Of a stretch of 64,000 bases of DNA, positions 1 to 11,600 are shown piece by piece. Every line of letters begins with the position of its first letter. Position 1 is the first letter of the stretch. The position numbers and the translations under genes are program-made. The DNA comes from Psammoneis japonica (Eukaryota). Under the pieces are notes generated by a model. It saw only the letters and a program-made list of their open reading frames with translations, ran no database searches and was not told the DNA's origin. The DNA lies in contig QPGO01000295.1 in NCBI GenBank assembly GCA_008632985.1, positions 1 through 64,000 on the forward strand. The letters are read 5' to 3'.

Positions 1-1325
1 ACAGCAACAGTGATGCCAGCAACCAGATGACCGCCTGCAAAATGTTGATGATGCGCCACACTTCATCCACAAAAAATCTGGCCATGCTGTGTCCCTTGCA
101 TCTCCCATGATGCCCCTGCCAGCTCACAACAACATCATCATCTGGGAGGGCTGAGCAAGAGACAAAAACAAGCCAACGAAAGGAATGGACATTGGAGGCA
201 ACTGTTCGTCCAACACAAGCAGCACAGTCATTTGTTGTTTTCATGAAATTTTGAGTGCATTTGAAGAGGGAGGAGCTCAACAAAAGTGTCCATGGTTGGC
301 AAAATGACATTTCATTCTGATGCAAAATCAAGTGTCGAGCAAGGGTGTGGTTGCTCCACGAAGATGAGGATGGCTTCTTCCAGTTTGATTTCCTGGTTGG
401 CTGTGATTTGTTTCCATTTGTTGAGGGCCCAGTGAGCAAACAAATGTGTGTGGCTGTTGTCTTGAAGGGTTCACTGGAGTGCATGTGCTTGAAGGAAAGC
501 TGACACCATTTGTGTTTGGCCTTCAGTCTGTGCCTTGGACTTGACCTTCCATGTCCATGTCCTTGCAAAATGCGTTGAAAGCCACAACCCCGTGTTTTGT
601 GACAAGTCAATGTGGTTTGACCCTTTTGTGTTGTTTGAAACAACATGGAAAAGGTGGTTGGTTTGCAGCATTCATCTCATTTTGTTTGGATTCCAGCAAG
701 CTTCATTGGGCAACAAGGATCTCTGTGACAGGGACACATGAAAAAATGATTCTTTTCACATGAGAAATTGGAAAAGACTGCCATTTCTTTGTTGTTTTGT
801 TGAAGTGCATCCCAGCTTGGCTGGGAAGTTCAACAACATCGACATTTGCACCTTGGAAGGCAATGTTGGAGAGAATGATCCCGGCACGTGCAAGCTAAAA
901 TGACGGTCTTTTGGCATTGGTGACAAGAGTGACTGCGATGGAGGTGTGGCTGCGTGTGATTCTCATGATGCTCAGATCGGATGTGTCTCATGACCTGGGC
1001 ATTTGCAATTCGCACATGATCATTTCCAAAAGGTCTGTGACAACAATCAATGCCTTCAAGAGGACATCGCTTGAAAGTTGGTCAGTGTTGGTTTGAGCAC
1101 GTGGGGCTTCTTTGACCACTGAGAATGATGAATCAAACAATGTCTGGTGAAGGTTTGTGTTGTTTCTGCAGCTGTGACTTGTCAATTGCCACTCTCTCTA
1201 ATTCTGGCAGCTGGCGGAGCAGGTGGCCAGCTCAACCACACCTTTCTTGCATTTTTCTTGTGATTCTTTCTAGAAAAAACTCAAAACAGTCAATTCTCTT
1301 TGCCAAGAAGTCTTCCTCCTCTTTT

Positions 1326-3808
1326 TCAATTTTGCTCCTCTTTCTCTTTTTGGCGATTTCCTTTCACGATCTTGATGAGTCTTTCCTTGTCCGCGACAAG
1401 TTCCTCATTGACAAAAAGTTTCATTGTTTGCTCTTGGCGAGTGTCAGTGGCACCCCACCAATCTCTTCCATGGGGGTGAGTGCTCCTGATTTTCTTGTCT
1501 ACAAGTGTGTCTCTGGACAGACCGTTCAAAACCTTGGTCACGAGTGCAGCCGAGAAGACTCCTCGCAATTTCTTGGGGTCACCATCGAGAAACTTCTTGC
1601 AAAACATCTCTGCCATCCTCTGCGTGTTCATGTGGGTCGAATCATTGTGGCAGTTGCTTGAGTCACAGAGAATTGCAAGAATTGCTTGCACTTCCGGGTG
1701 ATCCAAGCACTTGTCTCTTCTGGCAACTTCTTGTGGCTCAAGGACCATGGGCGGCGGCTCATGTGCTCTTTGATTGTGACAATCTCCAATGTCTTTGCAT
1801 CTTTTCTGCTGTCCGGTCTTGCGTGGTGTACAACGCAAGTGGTTTGTCTCTGCTGGGAGAAGGCCAGATGGACCTTTGCCATGCAGTGCATGGCCCAAAG
1901 TCTCTCCTTGACTGGCACGTTGGATCACTTCGTCTGTGTTTTTCCTGCATGCCATCCCAACTTGCGAGTCTCCCTGGGGCATGAGGCAGATGACGCTTTC
2001 CCTTCCATCAGTGGCCAAGAGACTCTTTCCATTGAAAGTCGCATGCCCGAGTGCTTGAATCAAGTTCTCAATGCTGAAACCAACGGCGAGGCACATCACA
2101 AGGTGACTCGGAACTCGTGTGCTGGATCGACATGACGTTGCTCTCCGCATTTTCGAGCAGCCAAACACAAAAATTGGCATCTGCACACTGAACATCGCAT
2201 CAACCTTGGCGACAACCTCTGAGACTTGGCGGTTTGAAATGCAAGAGAAGCCACGCTCTTGACCTGGCAGCTGGTGAGACACCCCTTGCCCCATGCAGGT
2301 GAGAGCCACGATTGGCTTGCCGACGCAAGCACACATTTCTTGCACAAGCGCTGCCTTCTCAAAAATGTTGCCTTTGACCCGTGCCCTTCGTGTGGCGCAA
2401 TCGAGCAAGAGGACCCCCGGTTTGTTGTCGCCCAATGCTTGGTCGTACATCATCTTCATCTTCTTGTTCGTGCAGGGGATGGTGGCGCCGATTTTGGTGG
2501 CGGAAGGAAACCCAGCTCTGCCTTGGAAGCCAATGTCGTCATCAAAAGTCTTTCATCTTGCACACTTTGATCGCACACAGGTTCCTCAGCTGTTTTGATG
2601 TTCTCTTCGCTTGTGTGGTTGATGTTGTTTTCTGGGCAGATGGGCTTGCCATTCGAGTCTTTCAGTGGCTCCATGTTCTCAAGACCTGAGCAATCCGAGT
2701 GCGTGCGCAGTTTGAACAAATCAAGACTTTGCTTCAGCTCATGCTTGCAGAGCAGCACAAATGGTTTTGGCGCAGCAGTGACCATGATTTTCAAACACGG
2801 TTTCAACTCCAACAGCCGTTTCATTGCCAATTCCATCTTTTGAGACCCTTCCTTTGTCCTGAAGAAAGCATCTGCCTCGTCCATGATTGGCGCAAACTTG
2901 AACTCTCTCTCATCACATTGTCGCAGCTCTTGGCAGCGTTCCAAAACCTGAGCTCCCAAATTCATCTCACTGGCCACATCGGGAAACACCATCGCGATTC
3001 CATTTTCGGCATTGATGTGGTGCTGGAGATCCGTCATCGCATGGCGCCTTCCATGCGGCGTGAAAACCTTGCCTTGACATTCGGTTCCTTTGGCTTGAGC
3101 CAGAAGCTTGTGGCACAATGCCAGGCTTTCCGACTCATCCTTCGTGAGAATCATCACTGGAACTTTCATCATCAAACACGTGGCCATGATGACGGCTTTG
3201 CAATCAGATTTGCCGCTTTGGGTTAGCCCGCAAGTCAATCGGTCGGGGTGCCTTTCCTGCGCCAGGATCGCAGAAGCGGTGTCAGTCACGACCTCATCAA
3301 TGTCAAGTGTTTGGCATGATTTCAAATCTTTGCACAAGTTTCGCTGCACAATTTTGGAGATGTGCTCTGCCAATGCGTCCTTCTTGTCAGTTTCCTTCAC
3401 AATCTCATAAAAAATGTGTTCACCTTCTAGGTGCATGTTGAACATGGACTCTCCAGTGGACTCTCCAGTGAGCTCGTGCTGAAGCAGCAGCATCTTTTCC
3501 ATTTTCTTCTTCTCGGTTTTGTTTTCTTCAAACTCTTCGAGTGCGTCGGCATCAAAGTCTTCTCGCTCGTGGCAGTTGGGGGCATCCCTGACTTTGTCTG
3601 GCACAGCGTGAAACCACAGTGCAAAGCTGTAAAGAGCTCTTTGCGTGCGGGCCTTGACCCCACGGAGTTTTTGATCTTTGAGCCGTGCAAAGCTGTGCAT
3701 GAGATCGTCAATCGAGCGAATGTTGCAAGAAGAAGCCAGTGTGGCTTGTGTTTCGAGGGGCACATCCAGCTCTTTGTACACATGAAGGAGATCCGGAGGT
3801 AGAGCCAT
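1326..3808 (-). pseudogene. SF2 helicase-like / Z1-type P-loop protein, split into two ORFs (2456-3808 and 1326-2459)
   Basis: Walker A-like GLTQSGKS, Walker B-like IMDEAD, motif III-like VTAAP, C-terminal IFVFGCSKMRRATS and ENLIQALGHATF (QxxGR-like); frame break near 2460-2600; Tyr->Cys/His decay. Confidence 0.65.
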
Positions 3809-4091
3809 TTCGTTTCACTGGAGCTAAAGCATCTGCAACAGGTCCCTGCAAAGCTGTGTCAATCTGCTTTGTGGCAGTGAAAATGGGAAAGAATGTTGAT
3901 TCTCAGCAGGCTGCGCTGGCGGAGTGACGACGACAAATTCTTCTTGAAGAGAATCTTTCACCGCCCTCCACGCCAGCGTTTGCAAAGTTCAAGTTTTCGT
4001 GCACCTCTCTCAAAAGATTCCCCACGCAATCTACTCGCCGAAGGTGCTGTTCTTCATTCCTCTTGGACCGGGGCGCCATCATACGATCACA

Positions 4092-6122
4092 ATGGGCGCC
4101 AAGCGAAAAAAGTTGGAGGAGGAAGCAGAAAAGCTCCTGCGCACACTGGATTCTTGTCGAAACGTCAAAAGACAGTTCGGTGTGGATTCCCACATTTGCC
4201 AGTTCGAAAACAAGATCAAGACAAGGTGTCGAGCGGTTCAAGAGATCCTAGAGCAAGAAACCATCCCAGAAGATGAAGGCCACAATTCTCCATTCCTGCT
4301 GGCACCGCCTGCTTCTTGGATTGGGCCCCGAACACATGCGGGACAGGATGAACCACCATCAATTGTGGGTGATGCCGAAAGGGCAAGTGACCAGAATGGA
4401 GGCCCGGACAAAAAAGCTGCAGGTTCAAGAGAAGAAATAGAGCCAGAGCAAAGATTGTCAGCATCCAAACAGCTTGAGGCAGAGGAACCAGCAGCAGCAG
4501 AACTGGACGAAACTCTGCTCTCATTGCCGGCCGAGTGTGAGAACGAAGTGATTGAGCCGTTTAAAGCCAAGTCAACCGGGGACGAAGAACTGGACAATGA
4601 AATTCCCATGTTTTATGAATTGATTCGAAAAAGTAAACTCACTCTTGCTCTCCAAGGTTTTGGGTCGAAACAAAAGCTGAAAGGCGACACAGAAGTGCAA
4701 AATGCAGGCCCAACTAAAAGATCATTGTCTGACGGCTTTGATCCCGCCAGCCTGCGCATAAAAGGAAAGACCATCCAGAAAGGGCGTTGCCATCAGCACT
4801 TGGAAGAAAGCAACAGATGCAGTCTTGATGTTGTTGTCGCAGTCAAACACTTCTGCACAGAGAAGATTGCAATGTGCATGTTGGTGACACACTTTGAAGA
4901 GACAATCCCAGGTCAACACAAGGATGACTTTGGCTCACATCTTCATGAGTTGTTCCCTCACGTTCAAGTCGAAGGCACTGACGTCGAATTGCCACTGGAC
5001 CCATTTGGGAAAGAACAGTTGAGCGAGATTCCAGATCTTGTCTGTCAGCCACAGACAGAGGGGAAATGGCATCAGTTCGCCCACTGCTGGTCCAAACCAA
5101 GAACCAGAGAGGCGAAGCGATCCGAAAAGCACGTGTTGGATCTATTTGCAGGGTGTGGTGGCATGGGGATCGGGTTTTAGAGATGCGGATTCAAAGTGGC
5201 CAAAGCGATTGAACAAGACACTGCAGCGGTCGAAACTTTGTCTGCAAATGGCTCGCACACGTCCATTTTTGCCGGCGACATTCGCGTGTTCCTCGAACGA
5301 TGCCAAAAAGATCCAGAATGCAAGGCAAGCATTGGTTCCATCGACCACGTGCACGCTTCTCCTCCTTGCCAAGGCTTTTCCGGCACGAACCGCAATGGTG
5401 GCAAGAATGACGAAGAAAACAACCAGCTCTCGCTTTCCTTGATCGATGCAGTGAAGGAGTTTCGTCCTGTTGCAGTTTCTTTCGAGAATGTTCTTGGAAT
5501 GTGGAAACGCAAACATTTCAAGTACATCATGAGAATCGTTGCAGATCTGATGCGCATGGGACACCAGGTTTGCTGCTCCTGCCTCCACGCTTGTGATTTT
5601 GGAGATGCACAGAAGTGTCCAAGGCTCTTTTTGTTTGCGGCACACATGTGTGCCCATGTGCCACCCTTGCCACAAACGACACATGGCAGCGAGGCCGATC
5701 AACTGCCCCGTGTCTCGGTGAGAGATGTTCTTCAGCCATTTGAGGGTCGGTTCGAAGAGGACCCCTCGCTGCAAGAGGACATGGAAAGGCAACGTCTTGC
5801 AGCGGAAGCCCTTGCTCCGGCTGTGAAGACAGGAATGCCGCTGATTCACTGTTTTGAAAATTGCCGTCTTTGTCCATCCAAGTTGAAAGCATTGCAATCC
5901 TTTCCGGCAGACTGTCGATTCTTTGGAACGGCGGCGGAGCAACGAAGGCAAATCGGAAATGCAGCACCTGTGGAGCTCGCCACGGCTGTCGCCCACGTCT
6001 TTCAAGCATCACTGGAGTTTGCGCACTGCAATGAAAGCAGCAGAGAGCAAGGCAGAACTGCGTTTCCTTGGTGTTTCTCACATCCCGCGCCCACGTTCGG
6101 AAGAGAAGGACCGCTCTTTTGA
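4092..6122 (+). pseudogene. C5 DNA cytosine methyltransferase, DNMT4/RID(Masc1)-like, with an in-frame TAG at 5178-5180
   Basis: Motif I LDLFAGCGG, motif IV HASPPCQGFS followed by GKNDEEN, motif VI FENV, motif VIII QKCPRLFL (QKRPRLFL in other copies), motif IX ALQSFP, motif X RQIGNA. ORFs 3999-5180 and 5196-6122 are in the same frame. Confidence 0.88.
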
Positions 6123-7686
6123 GGATCAATGAATGAATGAGTAAAACGAGGATGCATTGCTCTGCTTGGTTGTTTTGCAGTTTTCAACAGCGTGCGAATA
6201 AATGGACGGCACACGTGCCCTCCATTGACACTCTTGTGCGAGATCTTGGGGCATTCATCATCATCTGCCAGGCCTGTCGACAGTCGCCTCATGCGAGTGC
6301 ATGGCACCACTCTTGAGGAAGCTTCAACATGGAAGGATGCCTTTTTAGTTCTTCAGAGATTTCTGACTGTTGCTGCAGTTTGGTGCCCTCTAGAGCGAAA
6401 CGTTTTAATTCACATGTTTCACACAAGTGATCCTCGGATCAGCCCTTTCGTCTTTTCCACCGTTTGCACTCTCAGCAGCAGCACTGGAACTACACTGCTG
6501 CTTGTTTGTTTTGTGGTTTCCAATGGCGCACCAAGGCAACCAGCAGATGCACGGCACACGCACCAACTGTCGACAGTCGCGTCAAGCGAGTGCACGGCGC
6601 CACACTTGAGCCCTTGGCCTTCCTGTCTTGAAAGTTTCAGGGCGCAGACTGTTGGGCTGAGGCATCTCGACGACAAGCAGCTGCATCAAACAGAGTGCTG
6701 CGCCAACGATGAATCCCCCCGTCATGGTCTTGCCTTTTTTGTGCGTCGTCCCTCACCGCGCAGTGGTTTGATGTTTTGGGGGTCATTGCACTCAGAAAGA
6801 CCGACAGACTTCTGGTTCAACAGACAGACAAGTGCAAAATCGATGCACTGTCATCACGATTTTGCACGGGACTGGCTGTTGCACTGCCAAAGCAATGAAT
6901 CAGAAACCCAAAATCAATTTGTTTTGTTTTTAAGGCATTTGCACAATGAGCTGATGGATGGCAAGATGATTGGACTTTCTGAACTTTTTTTGGTGCTGGA
7001 AACTTCGTACGACAGTGATGACAGCAAGCAACGTGCCCCAGAATCTTTTGTCATTGCAGACATTTGGGTCGTTGAGTTTGAGAATGCACTCAGTCATGAA
7101 AGTCCCCGAGAGCAACCTCTGTTTCAAAGCAAAACATTGCACCAATGCCGTGGTCTGTTTTCTGTTTTCCGACCTGTTGCTGTCATGCATTCATCGTTGA
7201 ACAACTGAGACTTCATCAGGGGGACTTTCTTTGCATGTTCATGTTTTGAGCAGTGCAGTCAATCATTGCAACAAGTGCCCATTGCAAAGTCATCCTGTGA
7301 GAGCTTGAGAAAAATGTCATCATCATCATCAGCATTGACAGCAATTTGTTGCACAAATTGCAACAAATGCACGACTGTCAATCTGCCCAACATTGTGCTG
7401 CTGTGCGCTCATTGTGCACATGCCTCAAGAGAGTTGCACTCCTTGTTGAACAGTTGCCTGTGATTGGATGCTCAAAGTTTCTCCTGTGCAGACACATGCT
7501 TCTCATTGTTGCTCAGTTTCTGGTCTGCAGGCACACCAACTCTCATTTTCAATGCACTCTTTTCTCCATTTTGGCTCACCCATCTGTCATTTCTCCTCAC
7601 TGCATTGTGCATCCTCACAAGAGTTGATTGCAACATCCTCAAAGGCGCACCTTGAACTGGAAGTGCTGTCATCTTCAAGGAACTTG

Positions 7687-8049
7687 GATGAGTTCCAGCC
7701 CTGGGTGGGACTCTGTGTGTGACATTGACCCTGACCCCAACCCCAACCCTGTCAAGCAATGAAAATGAAAAGAATTGCCAACAGAAAAAGAGGCAATTTT
7801 GTGAATGTGTCTCCTCCTTGGCGAGTTTGCCCGGGTGTGTTCTGCAGACATCAAAGAACACACCCAGCCCATTTTCATTTTCACAAATGTTGAAAATGGA
7901 AAGCCTTTGGCTTTGCAAAACAGGCAGCATGAAACAATTTCATAGAAACTCACACACAGATGTGCACATGTGTGACACGCAGCACAATCCAAAAAACTCT
8001 TGATGCCACAGTTCAGCAGTGCAAGGTCCCACCTGAGCTGGAGCATGTC
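7687..8049. mobile_element. MITE of the GACG(C/T)GTTCCAG-TIR family, degenerate
   Basis: Ends gatgagttccagccctgggtggga ... ggtcccacctgagctggagcatgtc; internal similarity to the copies at 38715 and 50518. Confidence 0.8.
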
Positions 8050-8612
8050 TTGTGCCTGTGTCTGGGCTGGTCTGCAACAGCAGACATTTGAAGCCAGCAG
8101 ATTGAAAAATGGAGCCTGAACCTGAAAACATTTCTTGGTGACAGAGAGTGCCATTCAGGTGATCAGTCAGAGCACCGGCTGGGGTGACAACAAAGATGAG
8201 TCAATCACAAGCTTTGGATGCATGCAAAGCAAGCTGAGACATTGGCCAAACAACAAAACAACAGGAGCCCCACAGTTGCAAATGAAATGATTTCTTGGAG
8301 AGTCCAACAGGCTTGCAGTGATTGACTTTGATGATTCAGCAGACCAAGCTCTCTTGCATTGGTGTCTTGAAAAAGTGACATCATGCACACAGGGCTCATG
8401 TCATCAAGAGCCCAATTGCTTCTTGCTCCAGCTGGAGCTGCAACAGTGGGGGCAATGGAAATGACTCAAATTGCCTCCCAAAATGCTTGCGTAAAATGAA
8501 AGTCATCCCAACCATGCAGACTGTTTTTGACATCCTGCAATTCTGCGCACATTCCAATTGAAAGCACCTGCGTGTTTTTGGTGCCAGGTTCCCAGCAGAA
8601 CAGCCAACCACC

Positions 8613-11600
8613 ATGGCATCTTCTTCTGTCGCTGATGGCAGCCATGGCCCTTCCCATCGTCATGATGCGACTGTGGCTGATGACATTGCTGTCGACCAAT
8701 CATCCATCAAGCCTTCTTCCAAACCAACCGAGCGTCAGTTTGAGGAAATTGCCCTTCGTTTTGACACCAGTGGCCCAGAAGTGTCGTGCAAGCCGATGAC
8801 TCTTGTCACCCCTCATTTGCAGGTTCTTCAACAAATTCTCTTCACCTGCTGCAAGGACGTGAAGATCATGGACAATGACAACAACCAAATTGCCCACATT
8901 GACGTTGCCAAATGGGTGTCATCTCTTCAACACAAAAGACACTTCATCATTTCAATGACTCGCAAAGGTGAAAAACGTCCTGTGACTCACTGCTCATGCC
9001 ACCGGATCCTTACAAAAATTCCTCTTCGTGACATTTGCTCTCATCCTCACGTCCAGAGCATTTTGGATTCCAACAATGTGGGCATGAAACGTCATCATTG
9101 GAACAAATCAGATGTTGAAATGGCCTCCCCAGCATGCTGCATTGCTGCCACGACCAAACACACTCCGGCCAACGAAGCTGCAAAAATGTTCCTCCGTGAT
9201 CTTGGGAAATGCCAGATGAAAATGCCAAAGTTCAGGTTGGTGACCACCTCTGTTCGTGCCGACAACAAAGGTCTCGCTCCTCCCCTGCGCGCTGCTGCCT
9301 TCACTGTTGAGGCATTGATGGAAGACTGTCACTCGGCCGGGAACAACAAAGGTCTCGCTCCTCCCCTGTGTGCTGCTGCCTTCGCTGTTGAGGCATTGAT
9401 GGAAGACTGTCGCTCGGCCAGGAAGGCCTTGCTTCATGCATCCAAGAAGTTCCCAACACACATTGTCATGGCCAAGACCCGGTGCATCTCCCCCCTCGCC
9501 TTTTGCAACATGGTCAAAATCCAAGCTCATCGGAATGAAGACACTTTCGTTGTTCCACTGCTGAGTGCTGCTCCGAACATTGTGCTCCATTTTGAGAATC
9601 AGCTCAAGGCATTAAAAGACGTGAAAGCAATCTTCCCATCAAGTGCCACCGCCGGCCGCTGCAACATCCTTGTCAACCGTCTCGAGTTCAAAGTCTGCCA
9701 GGGCTGCCATTTCCACGTGTGTCATGAATCTCATCCCAACAATTTCGAAAGAAGCCTGTCCCACCCCACTCTTTGAGGATCCTCCTCAAGTTTTTGGTGT
9801 GATGGAAGAGATGTCGGACACTGGCAAGTCCATTGCATTGCCCAGCATCTGCAGTTTAGAGCCTCTTGCCTTTTCTGATGTTTCGCCTTTGACAGACAAC
9901 AATGCTTTGGGCAATCATCAACACCCGCCACCGTTGCAATCGGCAGGCCGCGGTCATGATGGCAGAGGTCAAGGTTTCCCCGGCCATGGTGCTCAACAAG
10001 GATCAGCTGTTCCTCCCCACATCCACACCCAGTGCTCCCAGAACTCTCCCTCACTGCCCGGATGCTCCAGCTGCCCCGGCATGATTTCTCCACCACACTC
10101 ACATGCACAGGCCACACAGTCCACTGCCAGTTCCATCACCTCCGTTCAGCCAGCAGACGTCCAACGCAACATGTCTCAGATGCAAGAGAAAACCAAGAGA
10201 GTTTTGGAGGATTTACGTTCTCAGCACTCACGAGATGTGGAGGCGATTGACAACGCATTCATGCAACAACACAAGTGGGGCATCACAGCTTTACATGCTC
10301 AGCACTCTCAACAACTTGCGGGTGTGCAGGACCAGATGAATCAGACAGTCCACCTGCTCCAAGCAAATCATCCAACCCAAACATCTGCATGGAAACGTCC
10401 AAATCACATGGACACACTGGATTGCTCGGCTGATTCACGTGACAAGGAGAAGGATTTTTAGACAGGGGTTGGACTTTGCCACCTCCACCACCTCAAACAA
10501 TCAGGCGTCCACCCGACATCTCATCTCCTGCAAACAAGTCCCTCACCATCTCCCATTTGTTCCACCGCACCGCCAAGTGCCGCAAAATCTCCTGCAACAC
10601 TGCAACACCTGACAGTCAGAGCTCTGAGCCCCAGTCTTCTCCTTGGAGGAGTGTTGCCCAACATGAGCAGTGACTCCACCAGCACATCCTACATCAACGA
10701 ATGGCAATTGCTCTTGAATGGCACCAGCAATGGTGCATCAAGCACTCGAAGCATTGACCTTTCTCAGCCAACATCCAATGATCCTGTTGGTGATGATCTT
10801 CGTCCTGAGCTGCCCCATCATGCTCGTCTGTGTGCATTCAACGCTGATGGTTGTAAATTTGACAAAAGAGGTGGTGACATCCGCGAGCATTGTCAAATGG
10901 CAAATGAGATCCAAGCAGACATCGTGGGCATTTCGGAACTGTGTCTGGACACTGCGCAGTGTGATGTTCTGTCAGTGTGTCGATCTGCTGTCTACAATGC
11001 AATTTCCAACGGATGCGGCACCTTCTCATGCAGCTCAATCCCCTTCACTGCTCAGTGCAAACCTGGTGGAACGGCCCTCTTGTTGGGGAACTCCATCTCA
11101 GCACGACACCGCAGCACAGTCCATCAACCCCAGGAAGGCCTTTTGTGCGGATTTGTCTCATTGCCTGCAAGAGTTCTTGGTCGACTCCAATTGCAAAGTC
11201 ATCATTTGCGGAGATTTCAACACCAATTTCTCAATGGACACGGACACACTTGCCTCCCTCACCCATCGTTTTACCCTTTCGGATGTGTCACATGATTTGA
11301 TGGGCAGCAACGAACTTTCCACACACACGCGAGGATGGAAACGCCTGGATTTCATGCTTGCCACACCCGGTGCTTTGTCTGCTGCCAGGTTCGGTGGATG
11401 TGAAGCATTCGGTTGTCGTGCTGCGTCAGACCATCGTGCTCATTTCGTGGATTTTGACACGATGGCCTTGTTTGGGAATCCTGCCATTGACTTGCCCAAG
11501 GCCAGCTGCAGGGACATCCAGTCTTTGCCTCAACCCCAAGTGACGACCCACTTGGACGCCATCGGACCGATGTCAGCCAGCAGACACATGTTGGCTTGCT

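Larger units (their letters stand above)
903..6747. repeat. Segmental duplication copy 1 (helicase-like + C5-MTase unit); copy 2 at ~33124-40574
   Basis: Colinear, highly similar sequence from 'ttttggcattggtgacaagagtgactgcgatgg' (~909 vs ~33130) to 'gtgcgtc' (~6747 vs 40574), where copy 2 is cut by a copia LTR. Confidence 0.93.

Noticed and set aside
1..900. Possible retroelement gag remnant on the minus strand
   Set aside because: TA-depleted like a repeat, but I could not identify a diagnostic motif.
1326..6122. Bacterial restriction-modification locus or contamination
   Set aside because: It is embedded among eukaryotic TEs, duplicated in cis, interrupted by a host MITE and copia, and carries the host mutation signature.
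6192..7208. 338-aa ORF downstream of the MTase
   Set aside because: No recognisable domain, and the frame is not preserved in copy 2. It is probably a product of stop-codon loss.
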